A DNA stretch of 64,000 nucleotides from Octopus bimaculoides (taxonomy: Eukaryota). Below the pieces are notes generated by a model. That model was not told the origin of the DNA, did not search any database, and saw only the letters and a list, made by a program, of their open reading frames with translations. The stretch lies in contig NC_068988.1 of the NCBI RefSeq assembly GCF_001194135.2, forward strand, positions 93,183,306 to 93,247,305, read 5' to 3'. The translations under genes and the position numbers were made by a program. Within the stretch, counting starts at the first letter, position 1, and every line of letters starts with the position of its first letter. Of the stretch, positions 38,953 to 50,739 are shown in pieces.

Positions 38953-39261
38953 TCATACAGTGCTATATTTAAGAAATGAGGAATTATTTACATTTGATGG
39001 ATTTTTTTTTTTTTTTTTTTTTTCTTAAGTTTCAGCTTAGAGCTGCGGCCATGCTGATGCACCACCGTGTAAAAGAATGCTTACAGCACCTAGGGTTCCC
39101 AAGCGGTCACCCATCTAAGTACTAACTAGGCTCGATGTTGCTTAACTTCGGTGATCGGACGAGAACCGGTCCTTTCAACGTGATATGGCCGTAATTTGTC
39201 CACATCTTGTTTGTTGTTAACACAATGTTTCAGCTGATTTACCCTCCAGCCTTTATTATGG
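38953..39261 (-). mobile_element. Decayed copy of the hammerhead-tail element, interrupted by a 5S/SINE-tail/poly(A) insert (39003-39194)
   Basis: 39195-39261 and 38953-39002 join to ...AAGGCTGGAGGGTAAATCAGCTGAAACATTGTGTTAACAACAAACAAGATGTGGACAAAT|ATCCATCAAATGTAAATAATTCCTCATTTCTTAAATATAGCACTG, collinear with the 40.3 kb and 57.8 kb copies. Confidence 0.8.
39071..39194 (-). rRNA. 5S rRNA dispersed copy, probably a retropseudogene (lacks about 2 nt at the 5' end)
   Basis: Minus strand reads TTACGGCCATATCACGTTGAAAGGACCGGTTCTCGTCCGATCACCGAAGTTAAGCAACATCGAGCCTAGTTAGTACTTAGATGGGTGACCGCTTGGGAACCCTAGGTGCTGTAAGCATTCTTTT, the canonical metazoan 5S sequence with internal box A/C regions. Single copy, not in an array. 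Confidence 0.92.
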
Positions 39262-39360
39262 GCATATGGCATAGTGGTTAAGAGTGTGGGCTACTAACCC
39301 CAAGATTTTGAGTTTAATTCCAGGCAGTGACCTGAATAATAATAATAATAATAATAATGA

Positions 39361-40216
39361 TAATCATCATCATCGTCGTTTAACGTCCGCTTTCCATGCT
39401 AGCATGGGTTGGACGATTTGACTGAGGACTGGTGAAACCGGATGGCAACACCAGGCTCCAATCTAATTTGGCAGAGTTTCTACAGCTGGATGCCCTTCCT
39501 AACGCCAACCACTCAGAGAGTGTAGTGGGTGCTTTTACGTGTCACCCGCACAAAAACGGCCACGCTCGANNNNNNNNNNNNNNNNNNNNNNNNNNNNNNN
39601 NNNNNNNNNNNNNNNNNNNNNNNNNNNNNNNNNNNNNNNNNNNNNNNNNNNNNNNNNNNNNNNNNNNNNNNNNNNNNNNNNNNNNNNNNNNNNNNNNNNN
39701 NNNNNNNNNNNNNNNNNNNNNNNNNNNNNNNNNNNNNNNNNNNNNNNNNNNNNNNNNNNNNNNNNNNNNNNNNNNNNNNNNNNNNNNNNNNNNNNNNNNN
39801 NNNNNNNNNNNNNNNNNNNNNNNNNNNNNNNNNNNNNNNNNNNNNNNNNNNNNNNNNNNNNNNNNNNNNNNNNNNNNNNNNNNNNNNNNNNNNNNNNNNN
39901 NNNNNNNNNNNNNNNNNNNNNNNNNNNNNNNNNNNNNNNNNNNNNNNNNNNNNNNNNNNNNNNNNNNNNNNNNNNNNNNNNNNNNNNNNNNNNNNNNNNN
40001 NNNNNNNNNNNNNNNNNNNNNNNNNNNNNNNNNCTTCCACGGGTTCCCTCAACTGTTAGGGTGTGGCACTTTTTCACGCAGCTATCCTCATCCATTCTCA
40101 CCACATGTCCATACCAGCGCAATCGTCTCTCTTGCACGCCACAACTGATGCTTCTAATGTTCAGCTTTTCTCTCAAGATACTTACACTCTGACGGGTATT
40201 CACATTGACATTACAC
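39361..40216 (-). mobile_element. 5'-truncated RTE LINE, same young subfamily, gap inside
   Basis: Stop-free NVNTRQSVSILREKLNIRSISCGVQERRLRWYGHVVRMDEDSCVKKCHTLTVEGTRG. 3' UTR differs from the 49.4 kb copy at about 4 of 195 positions (hand count). Confidence 0.92.
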
Positions 40217-40276
40217 AATAATAATAATATCGAAAAATACCTTAGGAATGAGAACTCAGGTTCGAAATTTCCCCAA

Positions 40277-40322
40277 GACACCTGATGAAGGCTGGAGGGT
40301 ATATCAGCCGAAACGTTGTGTT
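40277..40322 (+). ncRNA. Minimal type I hammerhead ribozyme motif
   Basis: GACAC-CTGATGA-A-GGCTG(gagggtatat)CAGCC-GAAA-CG-TT/GTGTT: helix I GACAC:GTGTT, intact core, 5-bp helix II, palindromic AACGTT in place of helix III, GUU triplet. Structure inferred by eye; activity untested. Confidence 0.75.
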
Positions 40323-40384
40323 AACAACAAACAAGATGAGGACAAATATCCGTCAAATGCAAATAAGAATCTTGATGATAACAA

Positions 40385-40830
40385 TAACCCTTTCTATTTT
40401 AGGTATAAGGGCCTGAAATTTCAGGAGAGGAGGTAAGTCAATTACATCGACCCCACTTTTCAACTGGTACATAATTTATCAACCCTGAAAGGATGAAAGA
40501 CAAAGTCGACCATGATGGAATTTGAACTCAGAACGTAAAGATGGGCAAAATACTTACCAGCGTTTTGCCCAGCATGCTAACGACCCTGCCACCTCGCCAC
40601 ATAACAACAACAACAACGATGATTTAAAATTTTGTCACAAAGCCAGCAGTTTCAAGGAAGAGAGTAAGTCAATCGCATCAACCCCAGTACGCAACTGGTA
40701 CTTAATTTATTGACCCCAAAAGGATGAAAGTCAAAGTCGACCTTGGTGGAATTTGAACTCAGAATCTAAAAATGATGGATGAAATGCTGCTAAGCATTTC
40801 TGCCTGTCGAGCTAACAATTTTGTGAGCCA
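40385..40830 (-). mobile_element. Two adjacent SINE copies (GAGCTGGCAGAA family)
   Basis: Repeated GGATGAAAG..AAAGTCGACC...GGAATTTGAACTCAGAA. Confidence 0.7.
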
Positions 40831-40849
40831 CTACCTCAATAATTATAAT

Positions 40850-41209
40850 GAGCACTACGAGAGTGCAAGCTTCCACCAAGGCAACACCAACGTCTTCTCA
40901 ACAATTAGCCAAAGATGATCTTTAAAATGAGAATATCTGAAATAAACTCGACTGCTCTCACAAGCGAGAATACTAAAAATGAACCTGGCCACTCTCAAAA
41001 ATTAAGAAAAAACAGGAAAAATAATCCAGAATCCTTGTCTGGTACCAGATCATTTGCAAAATCTAATCAGTTCATGCCAGTCATGGGGCCAAACATCCCT
41101 GAAAGTTTCGTCCGAATCCATCGGGCGGTTCTTGAGATATCTTGTCCACGGATAAACAAACAAACACAACTGAAAAACAATACCTCCGCCTTCACTAAGG
41201 CAGAGGTAA
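40850..41209 (-). mobile_element. Helentron-associated non-autonomous element (HINE/DINE-1-like)
   Basis: Minus strand: TTACCTCTGCC...GGCGGAGGTA short inverted repeat, (GTTT)n, core, subterminal repeat, 3' small hairpin; sits in (AAT)n. Confidence 0.65.
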
Positions 41210-42649
41210 TAATAATAATAGTTCACTATTATTCCCTCTAGAGTCTAGTCACTCATATGATAAAACATATACAATATGCATTTTCCTCATCTGTCACTTT
41301 CCTTTCACACTCTCACGAACTTACTTACCCTCTCACATCATTTTTCTTGTCTTTTTTTTATCTGTCCTTTCACATTTTCTCACGACGATGACGACCACCA
41401 TCTATCTTTTTTTTCCGCTGGGGTAACCATGTATCTCTCTCTGCAGCAAAACATCTGTTCCTGTCCCTCTGTTATGCTCTAACCTTTCATCATCTGGCAT
41501 AAAGCCACCTCATTCAATACCACTCCCCACTCAGTTGAGGGATTTTGTCTTGCAGGTTACATAGTAACCCCACTGATGCTGGTGCCACATAAAAGGTCAC
41601 CTGGTACACTCTGAAGTGGTTGGTATTTGGAAGAGCATCCACCTGTAGAAACCATTGTCAAAAGTGGCTGTGGAGGAACTTAGTGCAGTCCCTGACATAC
41701 TAGCTCCTGCCAATTCATCAAACCCATGCCAGTTTGGAAAATGGACATTAAATGATGATAGTGATGATGATGATATAGAATAATTTTCCATTAGTCATTC
41801 CTCATGCACATTAATTAGACATCATTGTAATCAAGTCAGTATGGCCATGACCTTTGTCTTCAATTTTTTTTTTCCCAGGCTTTTTATTTTACATCATGAA
41901 CAAAACAATTATTACACCACAGTCAGACCAGGCTGTTGTGGTAGAAACCCCATAGAAATACATAGGAAATACATCCATGAGATTAACTACAAAGTAATAA
42001 AAAAGATGCCCTGAAAGTTAATGTCATCATGCCAAATAGTAAATTCAAAGGTGCTGTGTCTACTTTGTCCTATACTGTTTTTGTAAGTGTACTTTCCAAA
42101 TTCTCATGAACATGCAAACACGTCAATATAACACCTACACATTCTTATAATAGCATAAAAAAAAACCTATCCATCTGTTTTGCTTTGCTTAGCTTTGTTA
42201 GGCTTACTGTTTGTCTGTTTATTAATTTGTTTGCTTGTCTACCTATCTGTCTTCTGTCTGTCAGTCAGTGACCTGTTTTTGTCTTAGCAGTCTGCATATG
42301 AAGACTAGCCAACAACAATACTAAATAAAGCTACTCTTATATAGTTAATGTGAAAGCATGTGGCCCAAGAGGTTAGTGTTGTGCTGACAATTGTAAGATT
42401 CTGGTTTCAATTCTTGGACAAGGCAGCATGTTGTGTCCTTGAGTGAAGCACTTCTTTACTTTGGGTTGCTCCAGGTGCAGGAATGGCCGTATGGAAAGAA
42501 ACTTGGTTCCCAAGGACATGACTCCAGGTTCAGTCCTACTGCATGACAACTTGGGCAAGTGACTTCTACTATAGCCCCAGGTTGACCAAAGCCTTCTGAG
42601 TGGATTTGGTAGATAGGAACTGAAAGAAGCCTATCGTATGTATGTATGT

Positions 42650-42943
42650 CATCCTGTCATCGCCACAGATTGAGGAAGCAGGTTAAGGAGGGGATCAACA
42701 CTTTTGAGAGAGCACGTATCCAGCATGAAGAACTTAAGCGAGCTGCGCGAAAGCGCACGGCTCGTATAGTGAATGGGGAAAGCTTGGTCTGCAATGTTTG
42801 AAGTCATGTATGCTTGTCAAGAGCAGGTCTCATTAGCCACCAACGGAGCCGCAAATGCAAAATATAAGTTAGTCCTAGAGCTCACAATGTTCCTGAAGGT
42901 CGGCAATGGTCTTCCTCGGTCATGAGTGGACGGCCATCATCAT
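42650..42943 (+). mobile_element. 3' end of a second RTE lineage (BovB-like), inserted in the (GTAT)n of a SINE
   Basis: RKQVKEGINTFERARIQHEELKRAARKR...ESLVCNV*SHVCLSRAGLISHQRSRKCKI*: C2H2-like RTE C-terminus with one internal stop, short UTR and (CAT)n tail. Confidence 0.75.
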
Positions 42944-43319
42944 GTAAGTATGTATGTATGTATGAATGCATGCAAACCAGCCAGCCAGCCATTGTTCAGT
43001 TTATTTCAAGATTTCTTGCCAATAGAGAAATAACTGGTTTCTAACCTAGATCCAAGGTTCCTTCATTGGAATTTCAATATCAACAACAGGGTATGTATGT
43101 ATGTCTGTATGTATGTATATGCGCGCACGTGTTTGTGCTTGTTCCCCACCACTGCTCGACAACCAGTGTTGTGTTTACATCCCTGTAACATTAACAGTTT
43201 GGCAAAAGAGACCAATAGAAAGCATCAGGCTTAAAAATAAAAAGAAAAGGACGGGTTGATTCATTCGACTAAAAGTTCTTGAAGGTGGTGCCCCAGCATG
43301 GCCACAATTTCAAAGAATT

Positions 43320-43388
43320 CTTTTTCTTCTTCTTCTCCTTCTTCTCCTTCTTCTTCTTCTTCTTCTTCTCCTTCTTCTTCTTCTTCAT
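43320..43388. repeat. (CTT)n microsatellite
   Basis: Direct. Confidence 0.9.
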
Positions 43389-44700
43389 TTGGCAGAATGG
43401 TTGAATGCTGGACAAAATGCCTTGCATTATTTATGTTCTGAATTCAAATTTCACCTTTCGTTCTTTTCGATTCGGTAAAATAAAGCAGCAGTCAAATACT
43501 GAGGTCAATGCAACCAACTCCCCTCCCCACCACAAAAATTGTTGGCCCCTTGCCATTCAAATACCACCAAGGTCATCTTTGCCGTTCATCCATCTGGGGT
43601 TGATAAAACAGACACCACTTAAGTGCTAGGGTAATCCCCATACCTCAAATTTCAAGCCTTCTGCCAAAAATTGGAATCATTATTGTTATCATTATTATTA
43701 TTATTATTATTATTATGATGATTAAGGCAGTGAGCTGGCAGAATCTTCAAAACACCAGACAAAATGTTTAACTGTGTTTCGTCTGTCTTTATGCTCTAAA
43801 TTCAAATTCCACCCAGGTCAACTTTTCCTTTCATTCTTTCAGGGTCGATAAAGTACCAGTTGAACACTGGGGTCGGTGTTATCGACTAGCCCCCTTCCCC
43901 AAAATTGCTGCCCTTGTAGTAAAAGTTGAAACTATTATTATTATTATTAATGCTAGAAGTAGCAGCTACAACAACCTTCATTCACACCTTGCTATCTTAG
44001 GAAAAGACAGCCAATTGAAGCAATGAGGTTGCCTCTTTGAGATCATTCAACATACTAAAACAAGCAGCCAAATTTTACTCAAGTTACACTATTATCTTAG
44101 AAAAATACTAGTTTCCAATATTAGTTTCAAATTTGATTACATCACCCCACATACACAACTGGTATTTATTTCATCAAGCCTAAAAGGATGAAAGGCAAAT
44201 TCAATCTTAGTGGAATTTGAACTCAGAATGTAAATTTGGAAGAAATTCTTATTTCTTTACTGCCCACAAGGGGCTACACACAGAGGGAACAAACAAAGAC
44301 AGACAAACGGGGATTAAGTCGATTGTATCGACCCCAGTGAGCAACTGGTACTTATTTAATTGACCCCGAAAGGATGAAAGGCAAAGTCGACCTCGGCGGA
44401 ATTTGAACTCAGAACATCACGGCAGACGAAATACCGCTAAGTATTTTGCCTGGTGTGCTAACGTTTCTGCCAGCTCACCGCCTTTTATAATGATAATAAT
44501 AATAATAATAATTAATAATCCTTTCTAGTGTAGGCACAAGGTCTGGAATTTGTGGGGAGGGAAGCTTAGCAGCTTGTGTCAATCCCAGTGTTCAACTGGT
44601 ACTTATTTTATCAGTCTTGGCAGAATTTGAACCCAAAGTGTCAAGACAGGTGAAATGCCACTTAGCATTTTGACCTACAGGCTAATGATTCTGACTGCGA
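43385..44700. mobile_element. Cluster of 4-5 SINE copies of the GAGCTGGCAGAA family in both orientations
   Basis: Repeated GTTCAAATTCCGCCGAGGTCGACTTTGCCTTTCATCC and GTACCAGTTG motifs separated by (ATT)n. Confidence 0.75.
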
Positions 44701-45784
44701 TAAATTACTTAACAGGGCTCTGGGTTTCCAGTGATGGTCATGGCTGGGATGCCTTTGATCATAGGTCTATTTAATCAGGGTTGACCTGGGGCTAAGCAAC
44801 AACAAGAAAAACAACAACTAAAGATAAAGATAAGAAAAAAAAACATTTTGAAGGGTGGTAAGCTGTTTTCTTTATTATTTGTTTTTACTTTTTATCAATC
44901 CTAAAAACAACAACAGAATACTTGTTTATTGTTGAAACATCTTAAAAAGTGAATAGACATTTTTAAGATATTTTCTCGTCTGTTTTGATCAGAAAGGAGT
45001 TTGTTGTGCAGTCTTGGTTTACAATAGTCTGCATCTTAAGTCCAATTGTTCTCTGTAATCAGCGAGACAATAGGATCTCTGTGTCCCACGTCAGTAGGAT
45101 AAACATGTGTGTAAGAGTATTTCTGCTTGAGTTGATGTGAGTATTGTGTAACCACCTCAGCTGATACAAATTGATCCAATGACTGCTTATCTGCTTATTG
45201 ACACACAAAGAGTCACTTAGCAACTAAGCTATACAGATATAAAAGCACACACACCCATATCAACAAACAAATAAACAGACAACTAACATACACCCACACA
45301 TCCATATCTGAATGCCTGCTTATTCCTCTATTTCATAGAAATGTATCTTGCGATATGAACACCCCTCCCACTAGTCACTAAACTTTTGTTCACCCTTAGT
45401 AGGCAACAGCACCCATTTGCAATATTTAACTAATTTTGTGCTCACACCATGGGCGTAGCTAGGATTCCAACCAGAGAGTTTTTTTTTTTTGTTATTAAAA
45501 TGGATCCATAATTAGCTAATTAATTTGCAAAATGCTGAAATTAAAATAACTGTGAGATAGTTATCATTTTTGCCCTGCGCTGTAAAGTAGGTGATGTCTG
45601 AACTCGTTAAACCCCAGTCTGGCTAGCTTAAATAAATCTAATCCATCATTGTTGCTGGTGACCAAAGCTGACCAAGCACTCCTATGATCAAAGACCTGCC
45701 AATTATAACCATCCTGACTTTTTATTTTTTTACCTCTATACCTTATGAATCACATTTTATTGACATATTTTTACAGGAAGACGG

Positions 45785-46015
45785 CACATAACCATGACTG
45801 GTGGCACGTAACTGTGCTGGTGGCACGTAAGAAGCACCCACTACATTCTCAGAGTGATTGGTGTTAGGGAGGGCATCCAGCTGTAGAAACATTGCCAGAT
45901 CAGACTGGAGCCTGGTGCAGACCCCTGGCTTCCCAGACCCCAGTCGGACCGTCCAACCCATGCCAGCATGGAAAGCAGATGTTTAACGATGATGATGATG
46001 ATAATGATGATGATA
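45785..46015 (+). mobile_element. RTE 3' UTR copy
   Basis: Same UTR plus (GAT)n tail. Confidence 0.8.
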
Positions 46016-46258
46016 TTTTTTTTACAGGATTAAAAGAAAGAATAAAACATTAAAAGTATAAACCGTTTATACCTTCTCTCTTTGACTTGCTTTAGTCATT
46101 AGACTGTGACCATGCTGGAGCACCGCTTTCAAGATTTTTAGTTGAATGGATTGACCCCAGTACTTATTCTTCTTAAACCTCATACTTATTCTATCAGTCT
46201 CTTTTGCTAAACTAAGTTACGATGTAAACATACTAACACTGGTTGTCAAGTGGTGTCA

Positions 46259-46303
<45 letters not shown>

Positions 46304-46529
46304 TGATGTGCTTCTTACAGATTCTGTCTCTTTTGTCAAGTGGTGAGGGGACAAACACAAATACTCACACACACACTCTCACATATCTGTTTATTCATCC
46401 GTCCAGTTATCCATAAGGTGCGAAACTGAAAAGTGCCTTTGGTTGATAACTGATAAAGAATTATGGACTTTCTGTTTACTTCCCATTTGTTTTTACATTC
46501 AGTATATGTTATGTCGTTTGTTTATACAT

Positions 46530-46534
46530 TTTTC

Positions 46535-46601
<67 letters not shown>

Positions 46602-46905
46602 AGGCTTCACCTACCCACTCACCTACCCACTGACCTACTCGCCTACCCACTTACCTGTCTATCTACTCACCTGCCCACCTACCTGTCTATCTACTCACCT
46701 GCCCACCTACCTGTCTATCTACTCACCTACCCACCCACCTACCTGTCTATCTACTCACCTACCCACCCACCTACCTGTCTATCTGTCTGTCTGTGTATAT
46801 CTATCTATCTACCTATCTATCTATCTACCTATCTATCTATCTACCTATCTATCTATCTACCTATCTATCTATCTACCTATCTATCTATCTACCTATCTAT
46901 CTATC
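46530..46905. repeat. (TA)n, then a 28-32-bp higher-order unit (ACCTGTCTATCTACTCACCTGCCCACCT), grading into (CTAT/CTAC)n
   Basis: Direct. Confidence 0.9.
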
Positions 46906-48600
46906 TTTTCTTTTTTATTTCTTATTGGTTTAGTCTGGTTGAAGGACCTTTGTCTGTGAGTGTTGTGATGATGGTGGTTGTAGTGGGGGGGGGGTGATTA
47001 TGAATTCTGTCCTCTAGTACTAAGTCCCCAGAGAACAATCATTTCAATCTGGTTTCTGTTCCCAGCCAGCATAGTTTCACTGCTTTCAAAAACTCGTCTA
47101 AGCTTCACCATTTATGAAAAATGTTATTGGTTACATGAAGACATGGAGGCTAACATACTTAATGAGTTAAAAAAATTTAATTAATTATAATTACACCTGA
47201 AGTGAAGAGAAAAATCCATAATAACTCTATTGATTAATTATTGTCAGATGAAAAACGAAAAGGAAGGGTGACAACTCTGGAATCCAAATTGATAAAAGAA
47301 ATTAGGTACAGACATGGCTGTGTGGTTAAGAAGCTTGCTTTGGCAACCATGTGGTTTTGGGTTCAATCCCACTGAGTGCTTCCTGGGGCAACTGTCTTTT
47401 ACTATAGCCCAGGGTTGTCTAATGCCTTATGAGTGATTTTGGTTGATGGAAACTGTGAAAGCTCGTTGTTTATATATGTGCATGTGTGTTTGTCTTGATC
47501 CCCTACCAGTGGTTGACAACTGGTATCAGTTTGTTGATGTCCCTTTAAGTTAGTGTTTCAATAAAAGAGATCAATTAAATAAGTACTGGAGTTGATTATT
47601 TGACTAAATTGTTCAAGGCTGTGTCCTAGCATGGCTGCAGTCCAATGATTGAAACAAGTAAAAGATAATATCAGTTCATGCAGAAGAGATTGAGTCTTAT
47701 GTTTGGCTAGCACAAACAACTCGACGTGTTTCAGGCTTATTAAATTTCGTCAGTGAAGCCTGATTTAGCCAGTACTTGTCAAATGTGATATGAGGGAGAT
47801 TTGACTGCTATTTTTAGTGCTTAAATAACCAAGTGGAGGTTTCCTTCTTGGCTCATGATGTTGACAGTGAATGTTGTTGTCTCTAGTTTATGTTGTTATA
47901 TATCAATGTTTATGTTATCAATATGATGACATTATTGTTGCAATTGATCCACTTCAACCCTAACTGAGTAGATCTATGATCAGAGACAAATTCCAACCGT
48001 GGCCATCATGTCTTTTATTTAGACATTGTAACTGAATCTAAGGAAACATTTTCATCTAGTATGTTCTTTCTTTTTCTAGGATGACTGGGAATGATTTGGG
48101 TGAGATTAAGCTATCATTTCTAGCAGATCAAGCAGCTAAATCATGATGGTGATGGAGGTGGTGGAGTGAACAGTTGTGTTGATAGCATTAAAAAAAAAAA
48201 AATTAAGAAAAATTTAAGTAAGCAAATCAAATGGAGGAACATTCCATTTGACTTACTCACAACACTTTTCAATCTGGACCAGTTCTGTTTTTTTTTTTTA
48301 TCTCTTTCATTGTTTATTTTTATGTATTTTCATTGATTTCTAGTAAAACAGGTTTAATCTTCATGTGTCATTTGTGAATAAAACCTTGCCCCTTTATATT
48401 CATTCATACTCACAAAAGTAGACATTATTCAATACCTTTCCCTTACGCAACAAAAGTCACAAATCTTTCAATACCTAGCCACTATACTAGTTTGCTACTA
48501 ATAGTATTTTATGCACTTATAAAAAAATAATGCCTTGGTATTTTTTATTCTTTTGAAAGAAAAGTTGTTTTCTTTTACTAGTTGAGATATATATATATAT

Positions 48601-49603
48601 CATTCCAGGGTGAAAAACTAGAGGTAGTCGATAGCTTCCGCTATCTGGGCGACCAAGTTAGTAGTGGGGGTGGGTGCGCTGAAAGTGTAGCTGCTAGAAT
48701 AAGAATAGCCTGGGCAAAGTTTAGAGAGCTCTTACCCCTGCTGGCGACAAAGGGACTCTCACTCAGAGTAAAAGGCAGACTGTATGACGCATGCGTACGA
48801 ACAACCATGCTACATGGCAGTGAAACATGGGCTGTAACTGCTGAGGACATACGTAAGCTCGCAAGGAATGAAGCCAGTATGCTCCGTTGGATGTGTAATG
48901 TCNNNNNNNNNNNNNNNNNNNNNNNNNNNNNNNNNNNNNNNNNNNNNNNNNNNNNNNNNNNNNNNNNNNNNNNNNNNNNNNNNNNNNNNNNNNNNNNNNN
49001 NNNNNNNNNNNNNNNNNNNNNNNNNNNNNNNNNNNNNNNNNNNNNNNNNNNNNNNNNNNNNNNNNNNNNNNNNNNNNNNNNNNNNNNNNNNNNNNNNNNN
49101 NNNNNNNNNNNNNNNNNNNNNNNNNNNNNNNNNNNNNNNNNNNNNNNNNNNNNNNNNNNNNNNNNNNNNNNNNNNNNNNNNNNNNNNNNNNNNNNNNNNN
49201 NNNNNNNNNNNNNNNNNNNNNNNNNNNNNNNNNNNNNNNNNNNNNNNNNNNNNNNNNNNNNNNNNNNNNNNNNNNNNNNNNNNNNNNNNNNNNNNNNNNN
49301 NNNNNNNNNNNNNNNNNNNNNNNNNNNNNNNNNNNNNNNNNNNNNNNNNNNNNNNNNNNNNNNNNGGCACATAAAAGACACCATTTCGAGCGTGGCCGTT
49401 TTCGTGCGGGTGACACGTAAAAGCACCCACTACACTCTCTGAGTGGTTGGCGTTAGGAAGGGCATCCAGCTGTAGAAACTCTGCCAAATCAGACTGGAGC
49501 CTGGTGTTGCCATCCGGTTTCACCAGTCCTCAGTCAAATCGTCCAACCCATGCTAGCATGGAAAGCGGACGTTAAACGATGATGATGATGATGATGATGA
49601 TGA
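48601..49603 (+). mobile_element. 5'-truncated RTE-clade LINE (ORF2 C-terminal region + 3' UTR + (GAT)n tail), gap inside
   Basis: Stop-free FQGEKLEVVDSFRYLGDQVSSGGGCAESVAARIRIAWAKFRELLPLL...YDACVRTTMLHGSETWAVTAEDIRKLARNEASMLRWMCNV, typical RTE post-RT region. Flanked by (TA)n on both sides. Confidence 0.92.
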
Positions 49604-50459
49604 TATATATATATATATAATTAATGTGATATAAAACAAGATATCACATACCACGTATCGTATTATTACTGGTTACCAGTTTTCAGGATGCCAGTCATTT
49701 TGTTACACACTAGCAAGAATGATAAGGGAGTATATGTGCAACTTGGGTGAAACAAATACTACCAAGGGTTTTTAATTCAACGACACTTGTTTATCACTTT
49801 TCTTAACCTTGGGCAAGTGTCTTCTACTATAGACTCAGGTTGACCAAAGCCTTGTGAGTGAATTTGGTAAGTGGAAACTGAAAGAAACCCATCATGTGTG
49901 TCTGTATGTTTGCATCACCTTGTCTTCAAAATTTTCCCTTGGTTTTCAAAAATCACCCCCCAAATCACAAAATAAGTGGGGAAAATCTGCCCTGTTTTTC
50001 AAATCTTGGCAGCAACACTAGCTGGAAGCAGGATAATAATCTAATTCTACACTTTATTACATTCAAGAATATAAACATGTTTTTAAGCATGATACACGCG
50101 GAGTCAAAAAGAAACACTACCTTTCACCAGCACACCAGGGTCGGCACTGCGTGAACCACAGTGCTCTTTCTCCCTAGTGTGCAGCTTCCTATCTTGGACA
50201 TGTGAGCATGCGCACAACAGCCAAACACTGCATCGCTGGAATTGTGAAGTGCACAGTTCTGTACAAGGATTTTTGTGTTTTGCTCTTAAACTAGGAGATG
50301 GCTACTGACATTAAGCTTAAGGATTATATAATGTACAAGTCTAAAGAATGAATTAAAGAAAAAAGGACTCATGATATTGAATGTTATCGATAATATTGAG
50401 TGGAAAATAGTGGGTGCTGCAGTTCCGCAGTGCTTATACACGAGTTGCCACTGTGCAGG

Positions 50460-50625
50460 AGATTCTGGAAGCTGTGATTGAAGCCAATGGTGATTTTATT
50501 GAATAAATTTACTATTTAGTATCTCAAGATATTGTTATGTAATTTTGGTAAATATATCTGTTAATATGAGATGTTAGTGTTATTTTCATCTTTGCATAAT
50601 TTAGGTGACAGTTTATTCACCTGTA
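50460..50625 (+). mobile_element. Tc1/mariner-superfamily 3' fragment
   Basis: LEAVIEANGDFIE* C-terminal signature; ends CACCTGTA (TIR/TA-like). Confidence 0.6.
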
Positions 50626-50739
50626 TCGACCAGACTATTGCATGTTGATATGTCACTGGCTACAGTGTACTTCCACTTTCTTCTTAACTGTGCACTTGGC
50701 TCAAATCGTTTGATTAAACCACCTGTTGTCTATGAACCT

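Larger units (their letters stand above)
39260..40367 (+). mobile_element. tRNA-headed SINE-like element with (AAT)n linker and hammerhead-containing tail, interrupted by an RTE insertion
   Basis: A box TGGCATAGTGG 39267-39277, B-box-like GTTTAATTCC 39312-39321, (AAT)n on both sides of the RTE insert, tail 40229-40367. Confidence 0.65.

Noticed and set aside
44141-44150. Exact LDLR SRE-1 sequence ATCACCCCAC
   Set aside because: Lies in a degenerate SINE segment (ATTACATCGACCCCAG-like) 18 kb from the gene; chance.
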